A DNA stretch of 64,000 bases from Gemmatimonadota bacterium. GTDB taxonomy: Bacteria; Gemmatimonadota; Gemmatimonadetes; Gemmatimonadales; Gemmatimonadaceae. Positions 18,691-28,349 of the stretch are shown here, piece by piece. The first letter of the stretch is position 1. Each line of letters opens with the position of its first letter. The notes beneath the pieces were generated by a model. The model had not been told where the DNA came from, did no database searches, and was given only the letters and a program-made list of their open reading frames with translations. The DNA is taken from contig JAZJZK010000015.1 of NCBI GenBank assembly GCA_040389905.1, positions 64,001 to 128,000 on the forward strand, given 5' to 3'. The translations under genes were made by a program, and so were the position numbers.

Positions 18691-19857
18691 TCACGGAGAC
18701 AATCCAGGATTCAGGATGCCGTCTGGATCGAACGTCTTTCGTATGCCATGTGACAGCGCATCCGATGAGCGCGGCGTTGCGATGGCATTCCACAGTTCCG
18801 CTGGCATTCGCTCGCCCACGATCGTTGCATGTTCGCCGAGCGCGCTGAACGACACGAGACCGGCACCTGCTGGCAGCATGCATCGCACGACGCCGCGTGA
18901 CGCGGACGCATGCGCGAAACCACCGAACGGTTCGATGAGACCAAGAACGCGTCCCCAGCTATCGCCGATACGCGACGGGAGCGAACTAAGACGAAACACG
19001 GTGGCTCCGGCAGGCTCCGCGTCGCTGAGACCGCGCCAGATGCTCCCGGGAACTTCGGAGGCAACGCCGAGTTGTTTCGCCGCCGCGATCGCCGCACTCA
19101 CGAACGTTTCGCTGCCGCCGAATCGGACGAGAAAGCCTGCTGACGGTTCGAGGCCGAGTGCACGCGCCAACGACGGCGACAGCAGTTCCGCCGCCAACGG
19201 CGAGTATTCCGTCGCGCGAAGGAAGCGCCACGCCGCGTCTGCGACCGCCGCAGGCGTGTCCCCCGCCACGGCGACTGCGAATGTGCGATCGATCGCCGGT
19301 CGGGCGCGCAGTCGCACAGTGATCTCGGTGAGCACGCCGAGCGTTCCCCACGCTCCGGTCACCATGCGCACCAGATCGAATCCGGCCACGTTCTTCACGA
19401 CACGGCCGCCCGTCCGCACGATATCGCCTGTGCCGGCCACGAACTCACATCCGAGGATGTGATCGCGCGTCGTGCCGAACGCGCTCGCCAGTGGTCCCGA
19501 CGATGCGGTCGCCATCGTCGCGCCGATGGTTCCGGACTCCGAGCCGAAGGGATCGAGCGTGAGCCACTGGCCTTCAGGCGCGGTCGTGCGCTCGATCTCG
19601 GCCAGCGATGTTCCGGCGCGCGCGGTCAGGACGAGGTCGCCCGGTTCGTACTCGACTATCCCGGTCAAAGGCGTGAGGTGCAGATCCCTCGACTTCGCTC
19701 GGGATGACAACTCGGTCTGCGAGACACGCAAAGACGACAATGGCCCTGCGTCGAGCCAGGTGCCGGCGCCAACGATGCGCAACGATTCCCCGCGGGACCG
19801 CGCATCGCGCACCTCCTCGGCGACGGCGGCGGTGTCTGCCGTTGATCCGGCCGTCAC
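18691..19857 (-). CDS. glcE: Glycolate oxidase FAD-binding subunit
   Basis: GIVEYEPGDLVLTARAGT, GGRVVKNVAGFDL, FDPDGILNPG. The GTG start overlaps the glcD stop (GTGA). Confidence 0.85.
   Translation of the reverse strand: MTAGSTADTAAVAEEVRDARSRGESLRIVGAGTWLDAGPLSSLRVSQTELSSRAKSRDLHLTPLTGIVEYEPGDLVLTARAGTSLAEIERTTAPEGQWLTLDPFGSESGTIGATMATASSGPLASAFGTTRDHILGCEFVAGTGDIVRTGGRVVKNVAGFDLVRMVTGAWGTLGVLTEITVRLRARPAIDRTFAVAVAGDTPAAVADAAWRFLRATEYSPLAAELLSPSLARALGLEPSAGFLVRFGGSETFVSAAIAAAKQLGVASEVPGSIWRGLSDAEPAGATVFRLSSLPSRIGDSWGRVLGLIEPFGGFAHASASRGVVRCMLPAGAGLVSFSALGEHATIVGERMPAELWNAIATPRSSDALSHGIRKTFDPDGILNPGLSP
19674..19711. repeat. Family C REP-like unit inside glcE
   Basis: 19681-19711 is identical (31/31) to intergenic 57915-57945. 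Confidence 0.9.
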
Positions 19858-21281
19858 GTGGCAGTTGCCCGCGCGGTTGGCGCCGCATGCCATTCCCGAC
19901 AGGAATGGACGGGGACGACCTTGCCTGGGTTGGAGCGTCTCTCGGGGTCGAACACCCCACGAAGCGCACACATCGCTTCGAGCGTGCTCGGTGTGAACAG
20001 GGCCGCCATATACGGGAGCTTGTCGAGGCCGATTCCGTGCTCGCCGGTGATCGTGCCACCAGCGTCGATACATGCCTGCATGATCTCCTTCATCGCCTTG
20101 TGTACCCGCTCCGATTCGTCGGCGCTCCGCGCGTTGTAGCCGATGTTCGGATGCAGGTTGCCGTCCCCCGCGTGGAACACGTTGCACACGTTCACGCGAT
20201 AGTGGGCGGCAATCCGCTGAATCTCCGCGAGCGTCGCCGGCAACTTCGTCCGCGGCACGACCGCATCCTGTACCACGAGATGCGATGAGACGCGTCCCAT
20301 TGCACCGAATGCCTTCTTGCGGCCTTGCCAGAGTCGCGCGCGGTCTGCGGGATCCGTGGCGATGCGAACGTCGCGCGCGCCGGCCTCGCGGCAGAATGCG
20401 TTCACGCGCGCGACTTCCTCGTCGATGACCGCACCCACGCCATCGAGTTCGATGAGGAGCACGGCCGCGGCGTCGGTGGGATAACCTGCCGCATAGATCG
20501 ACGCCTCGACGGCCTGGATCGTTGCGGCATCCATCATCTCGAGTGCGGCCGCGACAATCCCAGAGGCAATGATCGCGGAGACCGCATGGGCTGCACTGGC
20601 CACGGACATGAAGTCGGCGAGCATTGTGCGAACCGCTTGCGGGTTCCGCTCGAGCTTCACGGTGGCGTCGAGTACGATGCCGAAACAGCCTTCGGATCCG
20701 ATGAACGCGCCGAGCAAATCGTAACCAGTCGCCTCTCCCTCGGGATTGCCAAGGGTGACGACCTCGCCATTTGGAAGGACGATGGTGAGGGCAAGCACAT
20801 GGTTGAGCGTCACGCCGTACTTGAGGCAGTGCGGCCCACCCGCATTCTCCGCGATGTTCCCGCCAATCGTGCAGGCGGTCTGGCTGGACGGATCGGGAGC
20901 GTAGTGCAGGCCGAAGGGTCGCGCAGCGGCAGAGAGGCGAGCATTGACGACGCCAGGCTCTACGACCGCACGCGCATTGTCACCGTCGATGGAGATGATT
21001 CGCTTGAGACGATGCAAGCCGATGAGCACCACGTCATCGGCTAGTGCGCCGCCCGACAGACCAGTGCCGGCGCCACGCGCCACGTACGCAGTACCCGTCT
21101 CGGCGAGCAGTCGTACGACGGCGACGATTTCGTCGCGCGTTCCCGGGAACACTGCGAGGGATGGCTTTACCGAGTACCCCGGGAGCCCGTCCGATTCATA
21201 GGTGCGCAGCTCGGCGGGGCGCGTGAGCACGCGTCCCGCGCCGACGATCGCCGCGAGCCTCGCGCTGAGCAATTTTGTCAT
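19854..21281 (-). CDS. glcD: Glycolate oxidase subunit (FAD-linked oxidase)
   Basis: ARGAGTGLSGG, PDPSSQTACTIGGNIAENAGGPHCLKYG, HAGDGNLH, GEHGIG. Confidence 0.9.
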   Translation of the reverse strand: MTKLLSARLAAIVGAGRVLTRPAELRTYESDGLPGYSVKPSLAVFPGTRDEIVAVVRLLAETGTAYVARGAGTGLSGGALADDVVLIGLHRLKRIISIDGDNARAVVEPGVVNARLSAAARPFGLHYAPDPSSQTACTIGGNIAENAGGPHCLKYGVTLNHVLALTIVLPNGEVVTLGNPEGEATGYDLLGAFIGSEGCFGIVLDATVKLERNPQAVRTMLADFMSVASAAHAVSAIIASGIVAAALEMMDAATIQAVEASIYAAGYPTDAAAVLLIELDGVGAVIDEEVARVNAFCREAGARDVRIATDPADRARLWQGRKKAFGAMGRVSSHLVVQDAVVPRTKLPATLAEIQRIAAHYRVNVCNVFHAGDGNLHPNIGYNARSADESERVHKAMKEIMQACIDAGGTITGEHGIGLDKLPYMAALFTPSTLEAMCALRGVFDPERRSNPGKVVPVHSCREWHAAPTARATAT

Positions 21282-22138
21282 GGGGTCACTACCATGAGGG
21301 CATCCTTCCGCAGCTCGAAGGCGAAGGGTGCATTCAGCGTCACCAACTCACCGTCGATTGCCAGCGTACCGCGACGACGATGCGAGATCGTGCAACGATC
21401 GACCACAAAACTGTCGAGCACGGGGCCCTCGGCCGCCGACTCGACGCCGCGAGCGACCGCGTTGAGCGCACTCGCGAACAGCCGCGCTCGCGAACGTCCC
21501 TGAGCCACGATGACGTGCAAGCCACGCTTGCCTCCCTTCACTCGCTTGCCGAGTGACGGAAGCTGAAGCTCGCGCTCGCCGACGCCGATGAACACGAGCG
21601 CCGTGCGGTAGATCCGTTTTTCTCCCTCGACTTCGAGCTCGACGGTCATGAGCCGAAACTGGAAAAAAATCCGGACTGCCGCAATCACCGAGGCCAAGCG
21701 GTATCCGCACCACTGCTCCAACCGCTCTCGAGTTTTCACGAAGCGGACATAGGCGCCGACGCTGACGGTGTTCAGGAAGAGTTGGTCATTCACCATCCCG
21801 ACGTCCACGGCTCTGGGCGTGCCGCCTGCGGCCGTCTCGAGGGCGACCGCCGGCTCGGTGCTGATTCCGAGATCTCTTGCAAAGTGGTTCAGCGTGCCGC
21901 CGGGGAGCACGGCGAACTCGGTATCGCCGCCCGCGAGCACGGCTGCCGCCGCCGCGATGGTACCATCTCCGCCGGCGATGAGAATGCGCCGATGGCCGCT
22001 GGCCACACACTTCCTGACTTCCGATGCGATGTCGTCCGGTGCGACGTCTACCGGCTCGAATGCCGCGTTTTTCGCCAGTGCGCTCCGCGCCTGGTCGGCC
22101 GTTCCGGACTTCGCATTGATGATCGCAGGAATGCGCAC
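21278..22138 (-). CDS. Diacylglycerol kinase family protein
   Basis: INAKSG, AGGDGT, LPGGTLNHFARDLG, IDGE. Confidence 0.85.
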   Translation of the reverse strand: MRIPAIINAKSGTADQARSALAKNAAFEPVDVAPDDIASEVRKCVASGHRRILIAGGDGTIAAAAAVLAGGDTEFAVLPGGTLNHFARDLGISTEPAVALETAAGGTPRAVDVGMVNDQLFLNTVSVGAYVRFVKTRERLEQWCGYRLASVIAAVRIFFQFRLMTVELEVEGEKRIYRTALVFIGVGERELQLPSLGKRVKGGKRGLHVIVAQGRSRARLFASALNAVARGVESAAEGPVLDSFVVDRCTISHRRRGTLAIDGELVTLNAPFAFELRKDALMVVTP

Positions 22139-22141
22139 TCG

Positions 22142-25100
22142 TTAAGGTAGCGAGCGCTCCGCGGTCCGGTTCGCCAGCTGCGTCAGTATCTCATCGAGCA
22201 TACGTAGCTCGAAGGGCTTCTGGAGCACCGGACACGAGGTACGAAGCACGAAACTCGCTGCCTCGGCGGATGCGACGTCTCCCGTACTGAAGATGAAGCG
22301 CTTCAATACCGCTGGCTGTGTTTCCGCGAGCCGGTCATGCAAGTCGATTCCCGAGAATCCCGGCATCCGAAGGTCGGAGATGACCACGGTGACGGCGTCG
22401 CCAAGTCGCTCGAGAATATCGAGGCCGGCGCCGCCGTCCTCCGCTTCCTCGACAGCCCAACCGCGCCGTGTGAAAAAGCGGCGGAGCGCCGTACGTATCG
22501 TCGGCTCGTCATCGATGATCAATGCGATGCGTTCCCGGGGGGGGGCCGGAGCCACGTCGCCGGTAGCGATCGCCCCCACCGACTCGGGCGTTACTCGGGG
22601 CGAACTGTCGTGGTCGGGGCTGTCAGGAATCATGGGGCCGGGATCGATGCAAGGGAGCGTTACTGTAAACCGGGATCCCTGACCGCCGTCGCGCGATTCC
22701 ACTGCGATCCGGCCGCCAAGCTGTTCAACGATTCCGAGCGTGACGGACAGGCCCAATCCAGTGCCTTCGCCCGTCGGCTTGGTCGTGAAGAACGGATCAA
22801 AGATACGCGGCAGAATGTCTGCGGGAACACCAGGCCCGTTGTCCTCGACGACGAGCACACATCCGTCGCTGCTGGAATCGGTGTGCACCCACACCTGTCC
22901 GCCACGCCCGGCCGCTTGTGCGGCGTTGCTCACCAGGTTCGCAACGATCTGCTCGATTCCCGATCGATCGGCCAGGACGAACGCGCCCTCCGCGCCCTGC
23001 GCGATCTCGAGCGTCACACCCTCGTTCTCGAGGGCAGGCCGCATCGCCCGTGCGGTCGACGCCACGACTTCGGCGATGAGCAGGGGGCTGGCGCTGGCAC
23101 TCCGCTGCCGCACGAAGGAGAGCAGGTCGCGAACGATCGCGCGCGAGCGCCGGGCCTGATCGCGGATGACTCCAAGTGCCTCGGCGTCCTCGGTGCTGCG
23201 CTCATCGGCGAGGAGATCCTCGGCGAAGTGCATGATCGAGGAGAGCGGATTGTTCAGCTCATGGGCAACGCCCGAGATGAGCTGTCCAACCGCCGCAAGC
23301 CGCTCGCTCCGGCGAAGTGCGCTTTCCGCCGCGCGGAGGGATGTGACGTCTTCCGCATATCCCTCCCAGAGCCAGACCTTGTCTTTTTCATCGCGATACG
23401 CGCGCGCGCTGAGGCGGACGGTCACGAGCGAGCGATCGGCACGACACCACTCGACTTCGAGGCCGCGCACGACGCCCTCTGCCTCGAGCAGGCGAAGCAA
23501 CTCTGAGCGCGCCGCTCCGTCATGATAGAGTCGGTCGCGATCGGCGGCGTGCGTCAACTCCTGCGCACTCGGATAGCCGAGCAGCGTGACCATTGCCGGA
23601 TTCGCGGAGACGAGTACGCCGCGATGTGTCTCGCGAAAGATGGCGGCGGGCGCATTCTCGACGAATGACCGGAAGCTCGCCTCCGACGCGCGCAGCGACG
23701 ACGCATCGCGCGCGCTCGAGAGCGCAATGCTGGCGAGGTGCACGGCCGTTCGAGCGATTTCTGCTTCCTGCGTCGATGCGTCACGTGCCTGTTCGCAATA
23801 CGCGGCCAGGGCGCCGATGATCTCGCCGTTCGCGGCACGAAGCGGGATGGCGAACGCGCCCAGCAGCCCATAGGACACGAGGAGCGCACTGGTGTCACGG
23901 GAAGCGGGATCTTCGCGAACGTCGGCGCAGAAAACAGACTCGCCGCGCTGAATGGCGATTCCAACAACGCCAGCCGCCAAGCCAACCGGGACGTAGTGCG
24001 CCGCAGTGAGAAACCCGGTTGGGAGCCGGTGCGACGCCACGATATGCGCGACCTGCCGTTCCCCGTCGAGCTCATAGACCGCGCACCGAAGGAGCAGTGC
24101 CTGTTCACTGACCATCGCCAGCAGAACCGCGAGTGTATCGGCAGCGGGCGCGCCGCTGGCAATCAACTCGAGGACATGTCGCTGCCCCTGAAGGAACAGG
24201 TCGGCGCGCGCGCGCTCGGTGACATCGCGCAGGCCCACAACGTAGATGGGCACGCCGTCGAAGAACGCGCGGCTCAGACGCACATCGGTTGGCAGGGTGC
24301 TTCCGTCCGCGCACTGCGCGAGGCAACGCTCGGCATCGGTCAGCGGCGCTTGCGCCAGCTCCGACCGTGAGAAGGTTTCGAGCGTTTTCACGAGCGCGTC
24401 ACGAGACCGCTCATCGAAGAGCTCGAACACCGGCTTCCCGACGAGGCTGTCACCCCGGAAGCCCAGCATCCTCTCGACGGCGCCATTCACCATCGTCACC
24501 CGGAAATCCTTGTCGAGTGAGATGATGCCATCAGTGGATGCATCGACGATCGTCGCCAGTCGCTTGGTTTCTTCCCGCTGCTGATACAGGCGTCGCACGC
24601 GGATCGTGCGGTTGACGGCGTAGCCGCCCACGGCGGAGAGGGCGATGAAAACGGCGAGGAACGCGCCTTCGATCGCCAACTCCTTGTTTCTCGGCACGAG
24701 TGCGTCGCTCTCGCGAACGCGGCGGATAATGCCCCAACCGAGCAGGGAGTCGTACCGGGTCACGGCGAGCACGCGAGTGCCGTCGGGAATCGGGAAGACG
24801 CCGAACGCCTCTTTCTTCGTAAGGGACAGCACCGCTGGTGAATTCACCGGCGTTGGCCCCGCCTGGGTGATGCACACCGATGGCGTCTGCTCGGGGCAGA
24901 CTGAAATGATGACGGGACCGTCGCGCCCAGGTGTAGAAAAAAGGCTCAGTGCGGCGTTCGCGCGCCCAACCGCCCATGGGGCGAACGCGGCGACGACGTC
25001 GACCCGAAAGACGACAGCCTTCGGCCACTGCTTCCCATTGATGGGGTCGCGAAGATGAACCGGCGCGGCAATCGAGAGAAAGGCTGCGTGGGGCCCCAGC

Positions 25101-25546
25101 GGAATGACCGGCGAATGCAGCGTCCGCCCCGTGCGCATCACCTCACGGACGAGTTCGCGCTCCGCAGACAGGAGGGAATCACCATGCGAGGAGGCGAGGG
25201 TATCGCCAGCCTGATCGACCATCCAGACGCCAGCAAACTTTCCTCGCCGCTTGATTGGCGCCAGCAGCGTCGAATGCGGCGCGCCTCCGCTTTCCGGTGC
25301 TGCCGCGTGAATGGCGACAGTCGCAGCCAGTGCCTCGACGTCTGCCGAACGTTCGAGATACCAGTCGTCGACCGTCGCGCGCGTGGTGACCGCGCCGCCC
25401 TCCAGCACCCGCTCCCACGTCCGCATCATCTCGCCGTTGATGTATCGAACGCGTGCGAAGACCCCGCCGCCCACGATGAGGATCAGCAGCGCCAGAAGTG
25501 GAATGGTCAAGCGGTCGCGAGCGCCGCGACTCCGAGGTTTACGCAT
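22142..25546 (-). CDS. Membrane hybrid histidine kinase (2 TM, PAS-GAF-PAS, HisKA/HATPase, receiver)
   Basis: AHELNNPL, PFFTTKPTGEGTGLGL, IIDDE...SDLRMP...KPF. Confidence 0.9.
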   Translation of the reverse strand: MRKPRSRGARDRLTIPLLALLILIVGGGVFARVRYINGEMMRTWERVLEGGAVTTRATVDDWYLERSADVEALAATVAIHAAAPESGGAPHSTLLAPIKRRGKFAGVWMVDQAGDTLASSHGDSLLSAERELVREVMRTGRTLHSPVIPLGPHAAFLSIAAPVHLRDPINGKQWPKAVVFRVDVVAAFAPWAVGRANAALSLFSTPGRDGPVIISVCPEQTPSVCITQAGPTPVNSPAVLSLTKKEAFGVFPIPDGTRVLAVTRYDSLLGWGIIRRVRESDALVPRNKELAIEGAFLAVFIALSAVGGYAVNRTIRVRRLYQQREETKRLATIVDASTDGIISLDKDFRVTMVNGAVERMLGFRGDSLVGKPVFELFDERSRDALVKTLETFSRSELAQAPLTDAERCLAQCADGSTLPTDVRLSRAFFDGVPIYVVGLRDVTERARADLFLQGQRHVLELIASGAPAADTLAVLLAMVSEQALLLRCAVYELDGERQVAHIVASHRLPTGFLTAAHYVPVGLAAGVVGIAIQRGESVFCADVREDPASRDTSALLVSYGLLGAFAIPLRAANGEIIGALAAYCEQARDASTQEAEIARTAVHLASIALSSARDASSLRASEASFRSFVENAPAAIFRETHRGVLVSANPAMVTLLGYPSAQELTHAADRDRLYHDGAARSELLRLLEAEGVVRGLEVEWCRADRSLVTVRLSARAYRDEKDKVWLWEGYAEDVTSLRAAESALRRSERLAAVGQLISGVAHELNNPLSSIMHFAEDLLADERSTEDAEALGVIRDQARRSRAIVRDLLSFVRQRSASASPLLIAEVVASTARAMRPALENEGVTLEIAQGAEGAFVLADRSGIEQIVANLVSNAAQAAGRGGQVWVHTDSSSDGCVLVVEDNGPGVPADILPRIFDPFFTTKPTGEGTGLGLSVTLGIVEQLGGRIAVESRDGGQGSRFTVTLPCIDPGPMIPDSPDHDSSPRVTPESVGAIATGDVAPAPPRERIALIIDDEPTIRTALRRFFTRRGWAVEEAEDGGAGLDILERLGDAVTVVISDLRMPGFSGIDLHDRLAETQPAVLKRFIFSTGDVASAEAASFVLRTSCPVLQKPFELRMLDEILTQLANRTAERSLP

Positions 25547-25706
25547 CGTACCTAACCATCGGCAGACTGAGCGCGTTTCTGAACGATTTCTGCCGTATCT
25601 CGCGCCCTTGACATGGTGCTATGATGCCCGCCTGTTGCCGCGGCGCTAGAGGGAGAACGCGGCGCCTGCGTTACTTCGTCATCTGTTTAGCGTCGCCAGA
25701 GAAGCC

Positions 25707-26087
25707 TCACGCGAGTCGTGAGGTTGTCCGCACGCGCGCCGGCGCGACGCCAAAGCGCTGCGTGGCATAGCCCACAATGAGGCCGACGATACAGCCCGGG
25801 ATCATGATCTCCCAGAAGTAGACCTGGCCATTGGGGTTCTTCGCCATCGCGATTGGCAGGGCAAGCAGGCCACTGACGACCATGCCGGCGGCGATGCCCG
25901 CGGCGAGGTTGCTCACCTTTCGGGCAATGAATCCGATGATGAGTCCTGCGACGAGCCCCTTGCCAGTGGAGCCGATGACGATTCCGGCGATCTCGGACTT
26001 GAGTTCCGGCGCGGAGATGAGCGCCGTGAGTCCATCGAAGGTACCGAGGATGCCGCCGAGGATGAGGCCAACGACTGGTTTGTTCAC
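25707..26087 (-). CDS. Small four-TM membrane protein
   Basis: Four Gly-rich hydrophobic segments. Lies downstream of the ECF sigma/kinase pair. Confidence 0.7.
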   Translation of the reverse strand: MNKPVVGLILGGILGTFDGLTALISAPELKSEIAGIVIGSTGKGLVAGLIIGFIARKVSNLAAGIAAGMVVSGLLALPIAMAKNPNGQVYFWEIMIPGCIVGLIVGYATQRFGVAPARVRTTSRLA

Positions 26088-26193
26088 GGATTGTGTCTCG
26101 ATCGGGTAGTTGAGGCAGGCCCGAGGATTTCGAGCCCATCACGCTTCTATTACGCCTTCTGGAGCGTTCCTTTATTCGCGTTCGTTGCCAGCC

Positions 26194-26237
26194 TGTCACC
26201 CCGAGCGACCGAAGGGAGTCGAGGGGTCTGCACCTCA
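26194..26237. repeat. Family C unit overlapping the kinase stop codon
   Basis: TGTCACCCCGAGCGACCGAAGGGAGTCGAGGGGTCTGCACCTCA resembles 57829-57896. Confidence 0.8.
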
Positions 26238-27197
26238 CGCCCTCCGCCACCACACGAATGCCATGCGCATGATCACGTATGCAGCGATCAGCAGAATTGG
26301 CGCGCGGTAGACACGCGTAATTCGCGCGACCGCCTCAAGCGCATTCTCCTGGTGGGCGTGAACGCGCGCGCCGTCGAGAAAGCGACGGATGTCGTCGCGC
26401 AGCTCCAGCGGAGTCCCGTAACGTTTGCCTGCATCGAGCGCGGTCGCTCGGCGTTCTATTGCAGCGAGAGGGCGGGGGATGCGGTCGGGGTGCAGCCGGA
26501 GGAGATCACGGAGAATCGCACCGAGCCCGAACACGTCCGCGCGTTCGTCGGCTTCCTGGCCGCGCGCCTGCTCCGGCGACATGTAGCCGGGTGTGCCGAG
26601 GACAGCCCCGCTTCCCGTTACGACGTCGTCAGCCGCTGAAGTGGATCGCTTGGCATCGCCTGTGGCGGCATGGCGCGGACCCGCTAGCTCTCGCGCAATG
26701 CCCCAATCGAGCACCAGGACCTCGCCGAATGGGCCGAGCATCACGTTCCCGGGCTTGAGGTCGCGATGCACGATGCCGTGTGCATGTGCATAGGCCACGA
26801 TGCCGCACAGCTGCTCAACGATGCGCAGCAACTCGCCTCGGCTCGTGATCGCCGGCGCGGCCGTTTGGAGGTCCTTTCCGGCGACGAGCCGCATCACGTA
26901 CCATCCGCGCCCGTCGTCGAGGGTGCCGACGTCGTACACGGGAACGATGCCTGGATGCTCGAGACGAGCGAGGATGCGCGCCTCGCGTGCGAGCCGTGCA
27001 TTGATCTCGGTGTCTGTGAGCTGCGAGGCGATGACCTTGACCGCCACATCGCGGCCGAGCAGCCGGTCGGCCGCCTTCCAGACGACGCCCATTCCGCCGC
27101 GACCGATGACGTCGAATACTTCGTAACGTTCCGGGAGCGTCGGCCGGTCGATGATGGCGCGAAGACGCGCGACAGCAGCATCGGAGACGGAACTCAC
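26235..27197 (-). CDS. Hanks-type Ser/Thr protein kinase with a C-terminal TM helix
   Basis: GRGGMGVV, VAVK, HRDLKPGN, DWG, GTPGYMSPEQ, DVFGLG. Confidence 0.92.
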   Translation of the reverse strand: MSSVSDAAVARLRAIIDRPTLPERYEVFDVIGRGGMGVVWKAADRLLGRDVAVKVIASQLTDTEINARLAREARILARLEHPGIVPVYDVGTLDDGRGWYVMRLVAGKDLQTAAPAITSRGELLRIVEQLCGIVAYAHAHGIVHRDLKPGNVMLGPFGEVLVLDWGIARELAGPRHAATGDAKRSTSAADDVVTGSGAVLGTPGYMSPEQARGQEADERADVFGLGAILRDLLRLHPDRIPRPLAAIERRATALDAGKRYGTPLELRDDIRRFLDGARVHAHQENALEAVARITRVYRAPILLIAAYVIMRMAFVWWRRA

Positions 27198-27925
27198 GAC
27201 GCGTCGATTCCAAGTAGTTCGCGTACATCGTCGCGAAACTCCGCGTCGCTCGCCGAGAGTGAGCGCAGGACGTCGAGCACGTGGCGGCGAAATGTGCGGC
27301 GCGCCCAGGCGAGGTGGTTCGTCACCGTGGTCTCGCTGAGGCCAAAACGAGCGGCGAGTTCCCGGTAGCCAGGCCGCGTGCAGCCGGGATAGTCCGCGAT
27401 GTCATAGGCCTCGAACAACTCGACATGGACGTCCTTGCCGGCGAGATGCGCTTCAGTGCGCAATGCATCGAGTGCGAGCGCGAAGACGCTGCGAATCCAC
27501 TCCTGACGAAAGTGCGCGTCGGCGTCGTGGTCGGCATTGGCTGGCAGCGCATTCGCGTCGTCGAGCGAGACGATCACGAGGTCACCGCCGCGCTTGAGCC
27601 GCGTCGCAGCTGTTCGTGACTTTGCCACGAACCGATCGACGCACATTCGAAGGAAGCTGCGGAAGCGCGCCTGTTCGGGATCGAAGCGGTTCAACCACTC
27701 CTTCGCGAGCGCCTCGGCGAAGAACTCCTGGGTGAGGTCCTCGGCGTCTGCGCGTTCGAGACGCCAGCGCGTGCGCAACGTGGACGCGATCGGTTCCCAA
27801 TACGCGCGCGCGACGAGGTCGCCCGCCGCGCGCCGAATGTCGGCGTCGGGGTCGGCAAGGGCGGTGAGGATTGAAGGTCGCGTGGCGGGAAACTCGCGCT
27901 GCACGGTCGGATGGAGGGAGGCCAC
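27194..27925 (-). CDS. ECF-type RNA polymerase sigma factor
   Basis: FPATRPS N-terminus, DAEDLTQEFF (region 2), ELAARFGLSETTVTNHLAWAR (region 4 HTH). Start approximate. Confidence 0.85.
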   Translation of the reverse strand: MASLHPTVQREFPATRPSILTALADPDADIRRAAGDLVARAYWEPIASTLRTRWRLERADAEDLTQEFFAEALAKEWLNRFDPEQARFRSFLRMCVDRFVAKSRTAATRLKRGGDLVIVSLDDANALPANADHDADAHFRQEWIRSVFALALDALRTEAHLAGKDVHVELFEAYDIADYPGCTRPGYRELAARFGLSETTVTNHLAWARRTFRRHVLDVLRSLSASDAEFRDDVRELLGIDAS

Positions 27926-28051
27926 GTCATGCCTGCTGCACTCGGCCAAGGTTGTGAGGGTGAGCGCGCGGACGCAACGCTTGGCTGCCATTTGCCGCCA
28001 CATGCTCGGCGAGCCAGTTGAGCTCAAAAGCATCGTAAGTTGCTGTCCATC

Positions 28052-28080
28052 TTGTAGTTATATCATGAGTCGGTTATGAT
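28052..28080 (+). promoter_or_regulatory. Putative sigma-70 promoter, probably giving a leaderless mRNA
   Basis: TTGTAG-N17-TATGAT ends 5 nt before the ATG at 28086. No SD sequence. Confidence 0.55.
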
Positions 28081-28085
28081 TGAGT

Positions 28086-28349
28086 ATGCGCATTCCGAGC
28101 GACTACCTGGCTGAAATTGGACGGCGGGGTGGGCTCAAGAGTCGGCGCGTTCTGAGCTCCGAGGATGCGCGCAACATGGTCCGTGTGCGTGAGGCGCGGA
28201 GCGCGTTTCGACGCTTTCGTGCGACCTGCTTCTGGTCCTATCGGCCTGACCTCGTTATTCGGGTTGCCGACGTTCCGTGGGTCGCGGAGCAGCTGAAGAA
28301 GCATGGCAATCGTGATGCGTGGGACGTCGCGGCCCGCCTATGCCGCTAA
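28086..28349 (+). CDS. Small basic protein, putative antitoxin partner of the AbiEii-like nucleotidyltransferase
   Basis: 87 aa, overlaps the downstream NTase start, has YLAEIGRRGG and CFWSY motifs. Confidence 0.65.
   Translation: MRIPSDYLAEIGRRGGLKSRRVLSSEDARNMVRVREARSAFRRFRATCFWSYRPDLVIRVADVPWVAEQLKKHGNRDAWDVAARLCR

Noticed and set aside
26690..26720. Kinase DWG instead of DFG as a sign of inactivity
   Set aside because: DWG is a common variant in bacterial Hanks kinases and the other catalytic motifs are intact.
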